64,000 nucleotides of DNA from an uncultured Akkermansia sp. (GTDB taxonomy: Bacteria; Verrucomicrobiota; Verrucomicrobiia; Verrucomicrobiales; Akkermansiaceae): the NCBI GenBank assembly GCA_947630815.1, contig CANRJD010000001.1, forward strand, positions 34,127 to 98,126. Direction: 5' to 3'. The notes under the pieces were generated by a model. It worked only from the letters and a program-made list of their open reading frames with translations. It was not told the origin of the DNA and searched no databases. Positions 10,692 to 20,858 of this stretch are shown here, piece by piece; the first letter of the stretch is position 1, and every line of letters begins with the position of its first letter. A program made the position numbers and the translations under genes.

Positions 10692-11168
10692 TTAGTTGGA
10701 CTGCGTGACCTGGAACATAGCAATTGCCGCCCGCGCCGCTTCACGACCACGGTTGAGCTCATTGCCGAGGCAGCGTTCCTGCGCTTGTTGTTCATCTTGG
10801 AGTAGAAGAACTTCATGAATGACGGGCACAAGACTCTTGCATGCCGCACGCAGGAGCTCACGAGTAATGGCCTCACCAATCAGATCCGCATGTGCGGTGC
10901 TTCCACGCAAAATCACACCTAGGGCAATCACGACATGGGCTCGTAAAGCTTCGACCTGCGCAAGTTCGCGGTTGACCATTACTGGCACCTCAAAAGCGCC
11001 CGGCACTCGCACCACCTTCACTAGCGCTCGAGGTGCGTAAAGCATCAACTCTTCCTCGCAATTTTTCAACAGCCCATCCGTAAAACGCCTGTTGTATTCT
11101 GATGCTACAATCGTAACGCGCATCTCGCGCTGCTCCATTTGCGGAATCATATTGCCTTCTCGTGACAT
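10692..11168 (-). CDS. ribH: 6,7-dimethyl-8-ribityllumazine synthase
   Basis: VPGAFEVP, IALGVILRGSTAH, NRGREAA; start uncertain. Confidence 0.93.
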   Translation of the reverse strand: MSREGNMIPQMEQREMRVTIVASEYNRRFTDGLLKNCEEELMLYAPRALVKVVRVPGAFEVPVMVNRELAQVEALRAHVVIALGVILRGSTAHADLIGEAITRELLRAACKSLVPVIHEVLLLQDEQQAQERCLGNELNRGREAARAAIAMFQVTQSN

Positions 11169-11344
11169 AACAATCTTGAGTGTGTACAGCAGGATGCTTA
11201 CGCATCTGTCAAAAAGCATAACTTACCAGCCCCATCTTGTCAAGCCCAGCAAACGCATTTCAGAGAAGTTCATCGATGGAGAAAGCTCTCTTATTGACTG
11301 ATACCATCGTTTATACGTATCAAAAATTGTGAAACAGCGGTCAT

Positions 11345-11776
11345 CATGATGATAGATCTAGAGGAATCTTTGCATACGTTAATGAGTCGAAAAAATCTGC
11401 GCAGTGCGCACATTATTAATAAATCGTACATCGTACATCGTAAATCGTACATAGCAAACGCATTTTCTAATGCGGTTGCTCTGGCGGTTATTATGCTGAT
11501 GGCCCTAAAGGGATCTCAGCATACATTAATGATCCGAAAAATCTGCGCAGTGCGCACATTATTAATAAATCGTACATCGTACATCGTAAATCGTACATAG
11601 CAAACGCATTTTCTAATGCGGTTGCTCTGGCGGTTATTATGCTGATGGCCCTAAAGGGATCTCAGCATACATTAATGATCCGAAAAATCTGCGCAGTGCG
11701 CACATTATTAATAAATCGTACATCGTACATCGTAAATCGTACATGGCAACCGCATTTTCTAATGCGGTTGCTCTGG
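11345..11776. repeat. Tandem array of about 3 x 146-bp structured units
   Basis: gcagtgcgca recurs at 11401, 11547 and 11693; the first ~50 nt of copy 1 are diverged. Confidence 0.95.
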
Positions 11777-11785
11777 AGTCAGGTC

Positions 11786-11814
11786 TTGACAGGTTTCAAT
11801 GAAACTGCTAGCAT
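11786..11814 (+). promoter_or_regulatory. Sigma70 promoter of ppa, leaderless-type
   Basis: TTGACA-N17-(TGn)TAGCAT, then 6 nt to ATG 11821. Confidence 0.7.
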
Positions 11815-11820
11815 GCCCCC

Positions 11821-12309
11821 ATGGAGACCGTCGAAGCACGCATTGAAATTCCCATGGGGAGCCGCAATAAGTACGAGGTGGATGCAAAGACCGGCCACAT
11901 CAAACTGGATCGTGTCCTCTACTCCTCCGTTTATTACCCTGCTGAGTACGGTTTTGTGGAAGCGACAAAATACCTGGATGGCGATCCCTTGGACATCCTC
12001 GTTTTCACCTCCTCGCCTACCTTTCCGGGTTGTTACGTGGACTGCCGTATTATCGGTGGTATGGATATGATTGACGGGGGTAAACCGGATGTGAAAATTC
12101 TTGCTGTCAACGTGGGAGATCCCCGTTACGAGCACGTGCGTACCCTGCATGATCTGCCTCCCCACTACCTTCAAGAAATTCAGAATTTCTTCTCCACATA
12201 CAAGACATTGCAGAATAAAAAGACGGAAGTGGGCGAATTCTTCGGTATTGAGCGTGCCGTTACCATCCTGCGCGAGTCACGCGAACGGTACGTGAACGAA
12301 GAAGCTTGA
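11821..12309 (+). CDS. ppa: Inorganic pyrophosphatase (family I)
   Basis: EIPMGSRNKYE, YPAEYGF, DGDPLD, FFSTYK. Confidence 0.95.
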   Translation: METVEARIEIPMGSRNKYEVDAKTGHIKLDRVLYSSVYYPAEYGFVEATKYLDGDPLDILVFTSSPTFPGCYVDCRIIGGMDMIDGGKPDVKILAVNVGDPRYEHVRTLHDLPPHYLQEIQNFFSTYKTLQNKKTEVGEFFGIERAVTILRESRERYVNEEA

Positions 12310-12324
12310 GCAAGCACCTATTTT

Positions 12325-13809
12325 TTATTGCCGCAAAATAAGGGCGGCATCTGTGACAGCGTATGCCTTGGGCAGCTCCATCGTACAGCGCTCACCCTTC
12401 TCTCCCCATGGTTCTGTGTAGATGATGTTTTCCTTACCTTTGGTGGCATCATACCCAATGATAAGTCGAAGGTGAGCGCCTTCCGTGTTCCTCGAATCCG
12501 TGACGTCCACGTAGAAATTGCCGCGCATGACTAGCCAAATTACGGGAGTCCCGGCATCAATGCAGGAGCGTATACTGGCGAGCCACTTGTTGCAATCTGA
12601 CTTTTTCTTTGCAAAGAGAGAAAGCCAAAGCTCCGGGTCCAAAGACAGCGTGTCTATTGCGTCCCCATCTCCCACGAGTTTCCCATCTTTACGCGCTTTG
12701 GAAGCATAATCCTTCATATAGTCCCCGCGTCCAGCCCACTGAGACGACACATTTTTTACTTTCAATCGGTATTCGTGCGCCACTTGGTGTATGATCTCAT
12801 CCATGTCCTCGCGTGTGTATCCATCCTCATCCGGGGTTTCGCAGAGCGCGGATACTGCATCCAAGCTCACCCCATCCCTACCATAATACATGAACAGACG
12901 CGTCAGTTGGGCAGGCAGAGCTGCCGCCTTCATGCCTTGCTCCACCATGGGCAGACCCTTAATCCAGGTTATGCCATCTTTTTCCTTGACGACAGAGTCC
13001 TTTTGGCGACGCTTCTCCTCCTTCCCATGCGAGACACTGTTCTCCAGACCGGCAGCGTTCGGCGCTAACACCAAGCGGATGTATTCCATACGAGCCCCCC
13101 CATCCTTCGTTTTCTTCTCCTCCTTTTTTCCCTCTTTCTTCTCATCTTTCTTCTCCTCCTTCTTCTTGTCTTTTTTCATCGTAGTGGTCGCCATATATAG
13201 CCGAGCCGCTCCTTGCGGCGTCTCCCATTGGAATGCTTCCACCTTGGTGGCTGATTTGTTGGGTGGTATGCGCACTTTTGTCATTTTTGCTCCGGAGATT
13301 CTTCCCACCTCCGATTTGTAGGAAGACACGTAATTATCAAAGGCTTCTTTGTTAATTTCTTCTTGATCGCTACGGTTATATATTTCACAAGTTACCCGGC
13401 AAAGTTCACTGTATCTTGCCGCGCGTTCGGTCTCCAGATCAGTCGGTTCCTTCTGCTTCTCATCCGTCATATCCTTCTGATCATCTTTTACCGGCTCGAC
13501 TCCATCATCAGGCTTCTTTGCCCCATCGGAAGGCACTTTCCAATCCAGTGTCACATTTCCTTCCACCTGGTGGCGTCCAAAAGTAACAAGATTGCGCTGC
13601 GAAACTCTTGTACACGTATCGCTCACGCTCTCAAAACTCAGGTCATCCCATGTCGGTTGCCGCTTCATCTTCCATAGTTCACCGTTTTTCCATACTGCCC
13701 CTATGTCCAAGGAGTACACATTGTCAACACATAGAGCCACCACCATACAAGCAGCCGTCTTTATCCAACGCATGTTCATCTTAAAAATTCGTGTCATAAC
13801 TATTTGCAC
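12325..13809 (-). CDS. Secreted protein with a C-terminal C39-peptidase-like domain
   Basis: Signal-like N-terminus; LPMVEQG...YYG; GTPVIW; HLRLIIGY; K/E-rich linker. Confidence 0.6.
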   Translation of the reverse strand: MQIVMTRIFKMNMRWIKTAACMVVALCVDNVYSLDIGAVWKNGELWKMKRQPTWDDLSFESVSDTCTRVSQRNLVTFGRHQVEGNVTLDWKVPSDGAKKPDDGVEPVKDDQKDMTDEKQKEPTDLETERAARYSELCRVTCEIYNRSDQEEINKEAFDNYVSSYKSEVGRISGAKMTKVRIPPNKSATKVEAFQWETPQGAARLYMATTTMKKDKKKEEKKDEKKEGKKEEKKTKDGGARMEYIRLVLAPNAAGLENSVSHGKEEKRRQKDSVVKEKDGITWIKGLPMVEQGMKAAALPAQLTRLFMYYGRDGVSLDAVSALCETPDEDGYTREDMDEIIHQVAHEYRLKVKNVSSQWAGRGDYMKDYASKARKDGKLVGDGDAIDTLSLDPELWLSLFAKKKSDCNKWLASIRSCIDAGTPVIWLVMRGNFYVDVTDSRNTEGAHLRLIIGYDATKGKENIIYTEPWGEKGERCTMELPKAYAVTDAALILRQ

Positions 13810-14111
13810 ATCACTCTCCCTCTACCTCCTAGCAAAAGACGAGCTCCGTGTCAAGCGAAATCAACAATCAGCACGCAGCAAACACACATGTCCCAATAAA
13901 ATCTTCTCCGGGTTCATTCAACCCATTCCTCATGCGGTCCCCATGGATGAAGAAGGTAAGCCAGCAAGAAGCCCAAACCATTGATGATTGAGCAAAGCCG
14001 TGAACCCGGCATGGTCTCACACAGGAGATTTTCCTTCTATCAACGCACCATCGTCTTCGAAAGTTCCGCTTTGCTTTTGTTTCGCAGGAACGCGCGTAGC
14101 GCGCTAGCATT

Positions 14112-14144
14112 CAAATCGTACATCGTACCTCGCACATCGTAAAT
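14112..14144. repeat. Solo ATCGTAC-type heptamer tract
   Basis: aaatcgtacatcgtacctcgcacatcgtaaat, the same unit as inside the 146-bp array. Confidence 0.65.
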
Positions 14145-14182
14145 AACCAACAACTTATGCTTTATAATGTGCCGTTAACTGT

Positions 14183-14241
14183 CCATTTGGGGTGCTTTTT
14201 CTTGGGACGAATGTGCGCAGCAAATACATCCGTCCCAAGGA
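14183..14241. repeat. Dispersed repeat copies 2 and 3, forming an inverted pair (REP-like)
   Basis: cttgggacgaatgt-N11-acatccgtcccaag. Confidence 0.65.
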
Positions 14242-14407
14242 AAAACGCGACTCATTTACGATGTCATAAAGTATTGACCAATTCGAGCTTTTTCCCTTGT
14301 CGGTCCCGTTTCTTATGCAATTGTCCTCATTATCCCGGGACTTTGTATTTTAAAAAAAATTTGCCTTATTTTTGAACACGCGCACGGGTTCGTGTTATCA
14401 AACAGGC

Positions 14408-16987
14408 ATGATGAACAATAACCTGACCACAAAAATGATGGAAAGCTTGCAGGCAGCGCAGCGTGCGTCGCAGTCGGCAGGCAGGGCAGAGATTTTGCCG
14501 GCGCAGGTTCTACTCGCCATGCTCCACCAGGAAGGCGGTGTACTCGGTGCAGTGCTGCAAAAAACGGGGGCTGATGCTTCTAGGCTGGAACGATCACTGA
14601 CGGATTTGCTGGCTCGCCAACCGCGGCAGCAAGGCGCTGTGGCAAGCAGTCCGGGTATTGGAGCCGCGCTGGATCACGTACTCAACGCAGCCGAGGATCA
14701 ACGGAAGAGAATGAAGGATGATTACTTGAGTGCAGAGCACTTTTTGCTCGGCATCTATGATGCGGATGAGCAGCTGACTCAATTGCTGACAGAATGCGGT
14801 TTGACACGAGAGAAGTACCTGCAGGCGCTCAAGGAGGTACGCGGTAACCAGCGCATCACCGACCAAGATCCGGAAGAAAAGTACCAAACACTGGAGAAGT
14901 ACGGCACTGATTTGACTGCCCGCGCCCGACAGGGGAAGATAGATCCCGTCATTGGTCGCGATGCGGAAATTCGCCGCGTGCTCCAAATCCTTTCCCGGCG
15001 TACAAAAAATAACCCTGTACTCATCGGAGAGCCCGGCGTGGGTAAGACGGCCATTGCGGAGGGGCTCGCCCGTCGCATTGTGAATGGAGATGTGCCCGAA
15101 GGCATGAAAGATAAGCGGCTCGTTTCCCTCAATATCGGCTCCATGCTCGCCGGTGCCAAATACCGTGGTGAGTTTGAGGAACGTCTGAAAGCTTTTATCA
15201 AAGAGGTGAGCTCCTCCGATGGACAGATCATCCTCTTCATCGATGAACTGCATACACTGGTGGGCGCGGGAGCGGGAGGTGATAGCTCCATGGATGCTGC
15301 TAATCTGCTGAAACCGGCTCTTGCTCGTGGCGAACTGCGTACCATCGGTGCTACCACGTTGGATGAATACCGCAAGTACATCGAGAAGGATGCCGCGTTG
15401 GAACGTCGCTTTCAACCCGTCTTTGTCGCTGAACCGAGCGTGGAAGATACCATCGCTATTCTGCGTGGGCTTAAAGAGCGCTATGAGGTCCACCACGGTG
15501 TGCATATTACCGACAGTGCTCTTGTGGCCGCTGCTACACTGAGTAATCGCTATATCACCGACCGTTTCCTGCCGGACAAGGCCGTAGATTTGGTGGATGA
15601 AGCTGCCGCTCGCCTCAAAATCGAGTTGGATAGCATGCCCTCTGAAATCGATGAACTGAACCGCACCGGCATGCAGCTGGAGATGGAGCGACAGGCGTTA
15701 GAAAAGGAGAAAGACGAAGCTTCTCGCGAACGTTTGGAAAAAATCACCAAGGAATTGGCCGATAATAAAGAAAAAACATCTGCCTTGCTTGCGCGTTGGA
15801 AGAGTGAGCAGCAGGTCGTTCAACGCGCTCGCGAAACCCAGCAGAAAATTGACTCTCTACGTACCCAAGCCGAGCAGGCCGAACGCAAGGGAGAGCTCTC
15901 CCGAGCCTCTGAAATCAAGTACGGCGAGCTCCCGGCCGCTGAGCATGCTCTGAATGAGGCTCGCAAGGCCTTGGCTGATCTCCAGAGCAGCGGCGAAGGC
16001 CTGCTAAAGGAAGAGGTGACCGAGGCAGACATTGCCAAGGTGGTTTCATCGTGGACGGGCATCCCCGCTACCAAACTTGCGGAAGGCGAACGCGAAAAGC
16101 TCGTGCACATGGAGGAGCGCCTGGGGCAGCGCCTCATTGGGCAAAAGGATGCGGTCAAGGCTGTGGCAGATGCTGTGCGCCGTTCCCGCGCAGGGTTGCA
16201 GGATGAACATCGTCCTCTCGGTTCCTTCATCTTTCTGGGCCCCACCGGCGTGGGCAAAACAGAATTGGCAAAAGCCCTTGCTGAGTTTCTTTTCGATGAC
16301 GAGGCCGCTATGGTGCGCATAGATATGTCTGAGTACATGGAAAAGCACAGCGTTTCGCGTCTCATCGGTGCACCTCCGGGGTACGTGGGGTATGACGAGG
16401 GCGGACAACTCACGGAGGCCGTGCGCCGTCGCCCCTACAGTGTGGTATTATTCGATGAAATTGAAAAAGCTCATCCGGATGTCTTCAATGTGCTGTTGCA
16501 GGTACTTGACGATGGGCGCATCACCGATGGACAAGGTCGTACGGTGGATTTCACCAATACCGTGCTCATCATGACAAGCAATATCGGCTCGCGTTTCATC
16601 CTCGATGAGAAAGATGTAGCCACACGCAATGAAAAAGCGTTAGATGCCCTGCGTGGGCATTTTCGCCCGGAATTTCTCAATCGCGTGGATGACATCATCA
16701 TTTTTGACCGACTCAGTGTAGATGACCTCAAGCGCATTGTCGATATCCAGCTCGAACGCGTGCGCGGAAGGTTGGCTGCCCGCGGGCTTAAATTGGAGCT
16801 CACTGATGCTGCCGCCAATCTGGTAGCAGAGCATGGGTATGATCCCGTGTACGGCGCTCGTCCACTCAAGCGCGCCATTCAGCGCGATATTCTCGACCCG
16901 CTCAGCATCGCCATCTTGGAGGGGAAGTTCCCGGACGGCTCCACCATTCACATTAATGCCGAGGATGGTGTGATCACGTTCCAATAA
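14408..16987 (+). CDS. clpB: ATP-dependent chaperone ClpB
   Basis: Two AAA+ modules ([16 protein letters not shown]), coiled-coil middle domain, GARPLKR. Confidence 0.97.
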   Translation: MMNNNLTTKMMESLQAAQRASQSAGRAEILPAQVLLAMLHQEGGVLGAVLQKTGADASRLERSLTDLLARQPRQQGAVASSPGIGAALDHVLNAAEDQRKRMKDDYLSAEHFLLGIYDADEQLTQLLTECGLTREKYLQALKEVRGNQRITDQDPEEKYQTLEKYGTDLTARARQGKIDPVIGRDAEIRRVLQILSRRTKNNPVLIGEPGVGKTAIAEGLARRIVNGDVPEGMKDKRLVSLNIGSMLAGAKYRGEFEERLKAFIKEVSSSDGQIILFIDELHTLVGAGAGGDSSMDAANLLKPALARGELRTIGATTLDEYRKYIEKDAALERRFQPVFVAEPSVEDTIAILRGLKERYEVHHGVHITDSALVAAATLSNRYITDRFLPDKAVDLVDEAAARLKIELDSMPSEIDELNRTGMQLEMERQALEKEKDEASRERLEKITKELADNKEKTSALLARWKSEQQVVQRARETQQKIDSLRTQAEQAERKGELSRASEIKYGELPAAEHALNEARKALADLQSSGEGLLKEEVTEADIAKVVSSWTGIPATKLAEGEREKLVHMEERLGQRLIGQKDAVKAVADAVRRSRAGLQDEHRPLGSFIFLGPTGVGKTELAKALAEFLFDDEAAMVRIDMSEYMEKHSVSRLIGAPPGYVGYDEGGQLTEAVRRRPYSVVLFDEIEKAHPDVFNVLLQVLDDGRITDGQGRTVDFTNTVLIMTSNIGSRFILDEKDVATRNEKALDALRGHFRPEFLNRVDDIIIFDRLSVDDLKRIVDIQLERVRGRLAARGLKLELTDAAANLVAEHGYDPVYGARPLKRAIQRDILDPLSIAILEGKFPDGSTIHINAEDGVITFQ

Positions 16988-17344
16988 CTCTCATGCCGCA
17001 GTGACAGTTGCGTCAGACGAGACAGAGCAGGTTCGATACGCGCGCGCCTTGTCCTCTACGATGGGCGAGACGTAGCGCGTATGTCTTCTCGACGGATGCG
17101 TGCCACTTCTGCCGGTCGTATTCCGCTGTAGGGCATGAGTTTGACTCCTCCTGAATTTTGCAACGAGCCTCTGTTGTAGGAAACAAGAGTACTCTACCAC
17201 GTGGTGAGCGCCATTGAGACGAGATATGTAAGTAATCTTTGTACATGCGGCACGGAGTGTGATTCACGAGCAAGAAATCTGTAAGTTATTCAACTATTCG
17301 GAAACGTGTGAGGTCTGAACTCTTCAGACACTACGTGATCGATT

Positions 17345-17635
17345 ATGAGAAACAGAAATATCACCCGCTATACGTACGAGAATACCGATTTCCAAGGCTG
17401 GAGAGTCAGCATCCAGCGCTGTGGGCGCATCATCACGCGCTACTTTTCAGATTTACAGTACGGCTCAGAAGAGGAGTCGTATCGACACGCCATAGATTAC
17501 CGTGATGAGGTGTTTGCTGAGATGGCTCGCCATCGTCACGATCTGCCGGAATACATGGATGCCGAACTGGCACATCTTCAAGAGCTTCTCCGGCAGAAAG
17601 AAGCAGTCGGTTCATACGCGAGGCGGCGGAGCTGA
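17345..17635 (+). CDS. AP2-like DNA-binding domain protein
   Basis: GWRVSIQRCG...RYFSD..YGSEEESY..A..YRD. Confidence 0.6.
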   Translation: MRNRNITRYTYENTDFQGWRVSIQRCGRIITRYFSDLQYGSEEESYRHAIDYRDEVFAEMARHRHDLPEYMDAELAHLQELLRQKEAVGSYARRRS

Positions 17636-18115
17636 TCTTACCATCGGTGCCAGCCGACGTCGCAGCTCATTATTTCCAAAAAAATTCGCCTGCTCAATGC
17701 GTTGCAGTTGCACCATCGTATCTTCCAAAATCGTGATGAGAGGTTGCTTTACCCTGGGCGTGTTATCAATGTAGCGCCACAGTTCTGCATCATTCGTTTT
17801 CGCCTTGAGGGTACGCAGTTTATTGAGCACCTGATCCAGTGTGGGTAAACTCGCCTGCGCCGTCTTGCCATCCGTCATACTCCGCAGCACCTGCAGCTGC
17901 TCACGCAGGCTCTTTTCCAACTGTTCACAAATCAACTGTTCTCCCCCAGCCTGTGCGTTGCACACCATGCACACCCCTACTGCAGGCACGATCAAGTTCA
18001 GGAGCATGCTTCGGTCGCACCATCTCATGCTGGGAATCATAGTTGGAGAGCTCTCTGTTGTCAAGCTCATATCCTCCAATTTTCCGAGTAACTGTGCGGA
18101 GAAATACGGTCGCAC
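17612..18115 (-). CDS. Hypothetical exported protein (real start probably downstream)
   Basis: Hydrophobic signal-like segment then a helical body. Confidence 0.55.
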   Translation of the reverse strand: MRPYFSAQLLGKLEDMSLTTESSPTMIPSMRWCDRSMLLNLIVPAVGVCMVCNAQAGGEQLICEQLEKSLREQLQVLRSMTDGKTAQASLPTLDQVLNKLRTLKAKTNDAELWRYIDNTPRVKQPLITILEDTMVQLQRIEQANFFGNNELRRRLAPMVRSAPPPRV

Positions 18116-18394
18116 TTTGCCTAGTTTTCTCCATGCTTTTGTTGTGAAACACCAATGCGAGGTGACCTATAACCATCTCGTCTTTTCATGGAGAACCGAA
18201 CGAGACTTGTTTCTCACTTCAAGCATTATGGCAAACCCATATGACCAAAATCATGAAATCTGGGCAAAACTTTGCTCTAATTTCGAAGTATCATGTTCCC
18301 AGAAAAACTCCATCCTCGTTTCAGAACCTGTTCGATAACTTTATTCATGAGGCAATGCGTGTGGTACGGATCCAAATTTTTTCACATTTTTTGC

Positions 18395-18423
18395 TTGCCA
18401 AGGCGGCTTCTTGCCACTATAAT
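18395..18423 (+). promoter_or_regulatory. tRNA promoter
   Basis: TTGCCA-N17-TATAAT ending about 20 nt before the tRNA. Confidence 0.7.
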
Positions 18424-18443
18424 TCCCCCCGTTCAACCAAGGC

Positions 18444-18516
18444 GGGGTATTAGCTCAGTTGGTAGAGCGCCTCAATGGCATTGAGGAGGTCAGCGGTTCG
18501 AACCCGCTATGCTCCA
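18444..18516 (+). tRNA. tRNA-Ala (GGC), CCA not encoded
   Basis: Acceptor GGGGTAT/ATGCTCC-A with G3.U70; D-arm TAGCTCAGTTGGTAGAGC; anticodon arm CCTCA-ATGGCAT-TGAGG; GTTCGAA T-loop. Confidence 0.97.
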
Positions 18517-18528
18517 GTTTACTAAAGG

Positions 18529-18567
18529 TCGGGCAGCTAGCTTAAGGTTGGCTGCCCGATTTCTTTT
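18529..18567 (+). terminator. Intrinsic terminator after the tRNA
   Basis: tcgggcagcta...tggctgcccga + tttctttt. Confidence 0.8.
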
Positions 18568-18858
18568 CGTTTAATTATTAGCATGTCATGTATACATGCG
18601 GAGGGTGATGTCAACGGCTTTAGCAGGCAAAATGAAGGGCCAAACTCCCGTTTTTAGCCGCAGAGCCTCCCCGAGCCTCCCCTTTTTCGCGCACCGTTAG
18701 GCTTCCCTTTCGTTTTCAAATCGGCCTCGTCATGCCCGTAGTTGAGGGCGTTCCCGTAATTGGCCACGTTGGCCCCCACACGACGCGCTTGACGGTTGGC
18801 CGGGATTGTGACCGCGGTCAGTGGTGTCAAGGCGCGTGTGGAGGTGTTGTGGGCATGT

Positions 18859-19755
18859 TTACCGTATGCGGCGCATTACAAGCCGCCCGTTGTCGCAACC
18901 CCAGCCTTTTCTCCTCACTAGAGCCTCGAGTGCTTCTCTTCTCCTGTCCATAGAGCCGTCGGACGGTATGCCGAGAGACCTCTTGGCACTTGATATCACC
19001 CCGTCCTCGTCACGTAAGGCTGCGTATACATGTTGGAGTTCGGGAGATTCACTGGTCATGTCCTTCTCGAATAGTTCCCACTCCTCTTGACGGGACACCA
19101 TGTCGCAAGGTGATGGGGCTGAATCGACGGGCTCCCACCCATCAGCGACAGCCTTTGAATTTTCGAGGTTTAGCGCGTTTCTTCGGGTTTTTACCATATC
19201 GTTACGGCGTATTTGCTTTTGCTGTGCATATCGGAACACATTACTGCATGTCTTGAAGAAGCACTCGTCCATCGACTCTGTCGTCATGCCCCAGAGTGAC
19301 GGGTCTTCAGCCATGGACTTGCAGCATTTAAGCATGCTCTCGTTTCTCAGAGACTCCACGCTCTCAGCTCGCAGCAGCTCCCTTACTCTGGGAGCGTGAT
19401 GCCCGGCTACCTTTTCGGCTACGTCCTCAATCATCGGGCCGAAAAGTAACCACACGGCTTCATTCCGGATGTAGTCGTTGAGTTTGGTCTGGAGCGACGA
19501 TTCTTCATGGATAGATTCCCGCCACGCCCTGTCCCTGAGCTTAATCTGGCCTTTTAATGCAAGCTGGTTGCGCATCTCGCCCAATAGCTCATCTATGGAT
19601 AACTTTGGGGGTATGAGGCTGATAACCGATTCAATGGCCTGCTCGATGAATTCAGTGGTTTCAGGGCTCCCAGTGGGACCCTCTGTCTCTGTGTGTATAT
19701 GTATGTGTTGCATGGTTGGCTTTCGCCGCCATAGCACCAGTCGAACCGGACACAC
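18859..19755 (-). CDS. Divergent sigma70/ECF-like protein (start uncertain)
   Basis: Region-2-like FFKTCSNVFRYAQQKQIRR, SP-D linker, region-4-like AKRSLGIP..GSM.RR. Confidence 0.45.
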   Translation of the reverse strand: MCPVRLVLWRRKPTMQHIHIHTETEGPTGSPETTEFIEQAIESVISLIPPKLSIDELLGEMRNQLALKGQIKLRDRAWRESIHEESSLQTKLNDYIRNEAVWLLFGPMIEDVAEKVAGHHAPRVRELLRAESVESLRNESMLKCCKSMAEDPSLWGMTTESMDECFFKTCSNVFRYAQQKQIRRNDMVKTRRNALNLENSKAVADGWEPVDSAPSPCDMVSRQEEWELFEKDMTSESPELQHVYAALRDEDGVISSAKRSLGIPSDGSMDRRREALEALVRRKGWGCDNGRLVMRRIR

Positions 19756-19798
19756 ACACTAAGGACCGCAGCATGGGGGTATAGAAACCGCCAGACAC

Positions 19799-19845
19799 AA
19801 AAAAAGCCTCTGAGGCGCAGTGAATTGCTGCGATCCTCAGAGGCT
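19799..19845 (-). terminator. Long hairpin plus U tract
   Basis: agcctctgagg...cctcagaggct with an inner stem; followed by T7 on the minus strand. Confidence 0.65.
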
Positions 19846-19961
19846 GCCGTTTGCGGCTGGCGTATCTGACGGAACTTTTATTCTCTCCGTTTGATTTGTG
19901 CTGGTTGTGTTGGCACGGCCCAGCCCCCAGCACAAAAGCCGGGCCGTGATGTTAAGAAGCG

Positions 19962-20858
19962 TTAGAACTCTTCATGAATCCGGCCTGTTTGCTTGATGTC
20001 CGTCGGCTTTCCATCTCTAAAAGCGATAGAAATGGAGGCATTTGTGCAAGCAGGCAGAGAGCGAAGATACGTAAGAAGTTCCTTCTGTCCATTGCAGAGG
20101 TAACCGTGCGTCGGGACCTTCTTCGTCTTAGGCTTGCCGGGTGCTTCACTCTTGCCGATGTGATAGCGCCTGGTTATTTCGCCTTTCTCCCAAATGATGT
20201 CCCCTCGGATAACGGGGTATGTAGCATCTCCATATCCGAGTTCATACATGCGGTTGAGCAGCTCCATACTCCGACGCATAAACTCTTCCTCACTCGGGGA
20301 GTCCACGCGGAAGCGCGCAGCCTTCTCCCGTTCCGCTCGTGTGCGGACACTCCCAAGAACGTCGGAAGGAATCACCCAGTTGCATTTGCCTTCAGCTGCC
20401 CCGTTAAACCGAGCGGGAAGCAGAAATAGGGTCTTCGGGCTCAAGTCGACCTCGCATGTTTCGCGGCGGCGGGCTCTTGTGATGGTGCCAACGCCGCGAA
20501 TGGGGCCGCTGGGGAAGCATTCATCAAAGGACATCAGTAATCTCATGGCCTGCTCACTGATGAAAGCATCGCCGGTAGAGGGCAGCGACCATTCCGACCT
20601 GTCAACCAGATCGACGCCGAGGTAGGAATAGTTTTCGAAGGGAGGATTCATAGCAATAGCACGAATCATCACAGCCTGCGTGCTGGGAACATCCTTCCCA
20701 TTCGTAAGCTGTGCAATAATCCCCTCCAGCCGCTCACGCGACCTATCTGTTCTGTGGATGATTTTAGAAGTCATAGGTGTGGAAGTCATGGGTGTAGAAT
20801 TCATGGGTGTAAAAAAGTAGGTTGTTGATAATTTGATGGTACGCGCAGCCCGCGACAC
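19962..20858 (-). CDS. Hypothetical protein (likely start about 20804)
   Basis: Long ORF; no family recognised. Confidence 0.55.
   Translation of the reverse strand: MSRAARTIKLSTTYFFTPMNSTPMTSTPMTSKIIHRTDRSRERLEGIIAQLTNGKDVPSTQAVMIRAIAMNPPFENYSYLGVDLVDRSEWSLPSTGDAFISEQAMRLLMSFDECFPSGPIRGVGTITRARRRETCEVDLSPKTLFLLPARFNGAAEGKCNWVIPSDVLGSVRTRAEREKAARFRVDSPSEEEFMRRSMELLNRMYELGYGDATYPVIRGDIIWEKGEITRRYHIGKSEAPGKPKTKKVPTHGYLCNGQKELLTYLRSLPACTNASISIAFRDGKPTDIKQTGRIHEEF

Noticed and set aside
11345-11776. CRISPR array, FMN riboswitch, or the short ORFs in the repeat
   Set aside because: No unique spacers or cas genes; no FMN consensus seen; the 146-bp period breaks the reading frame
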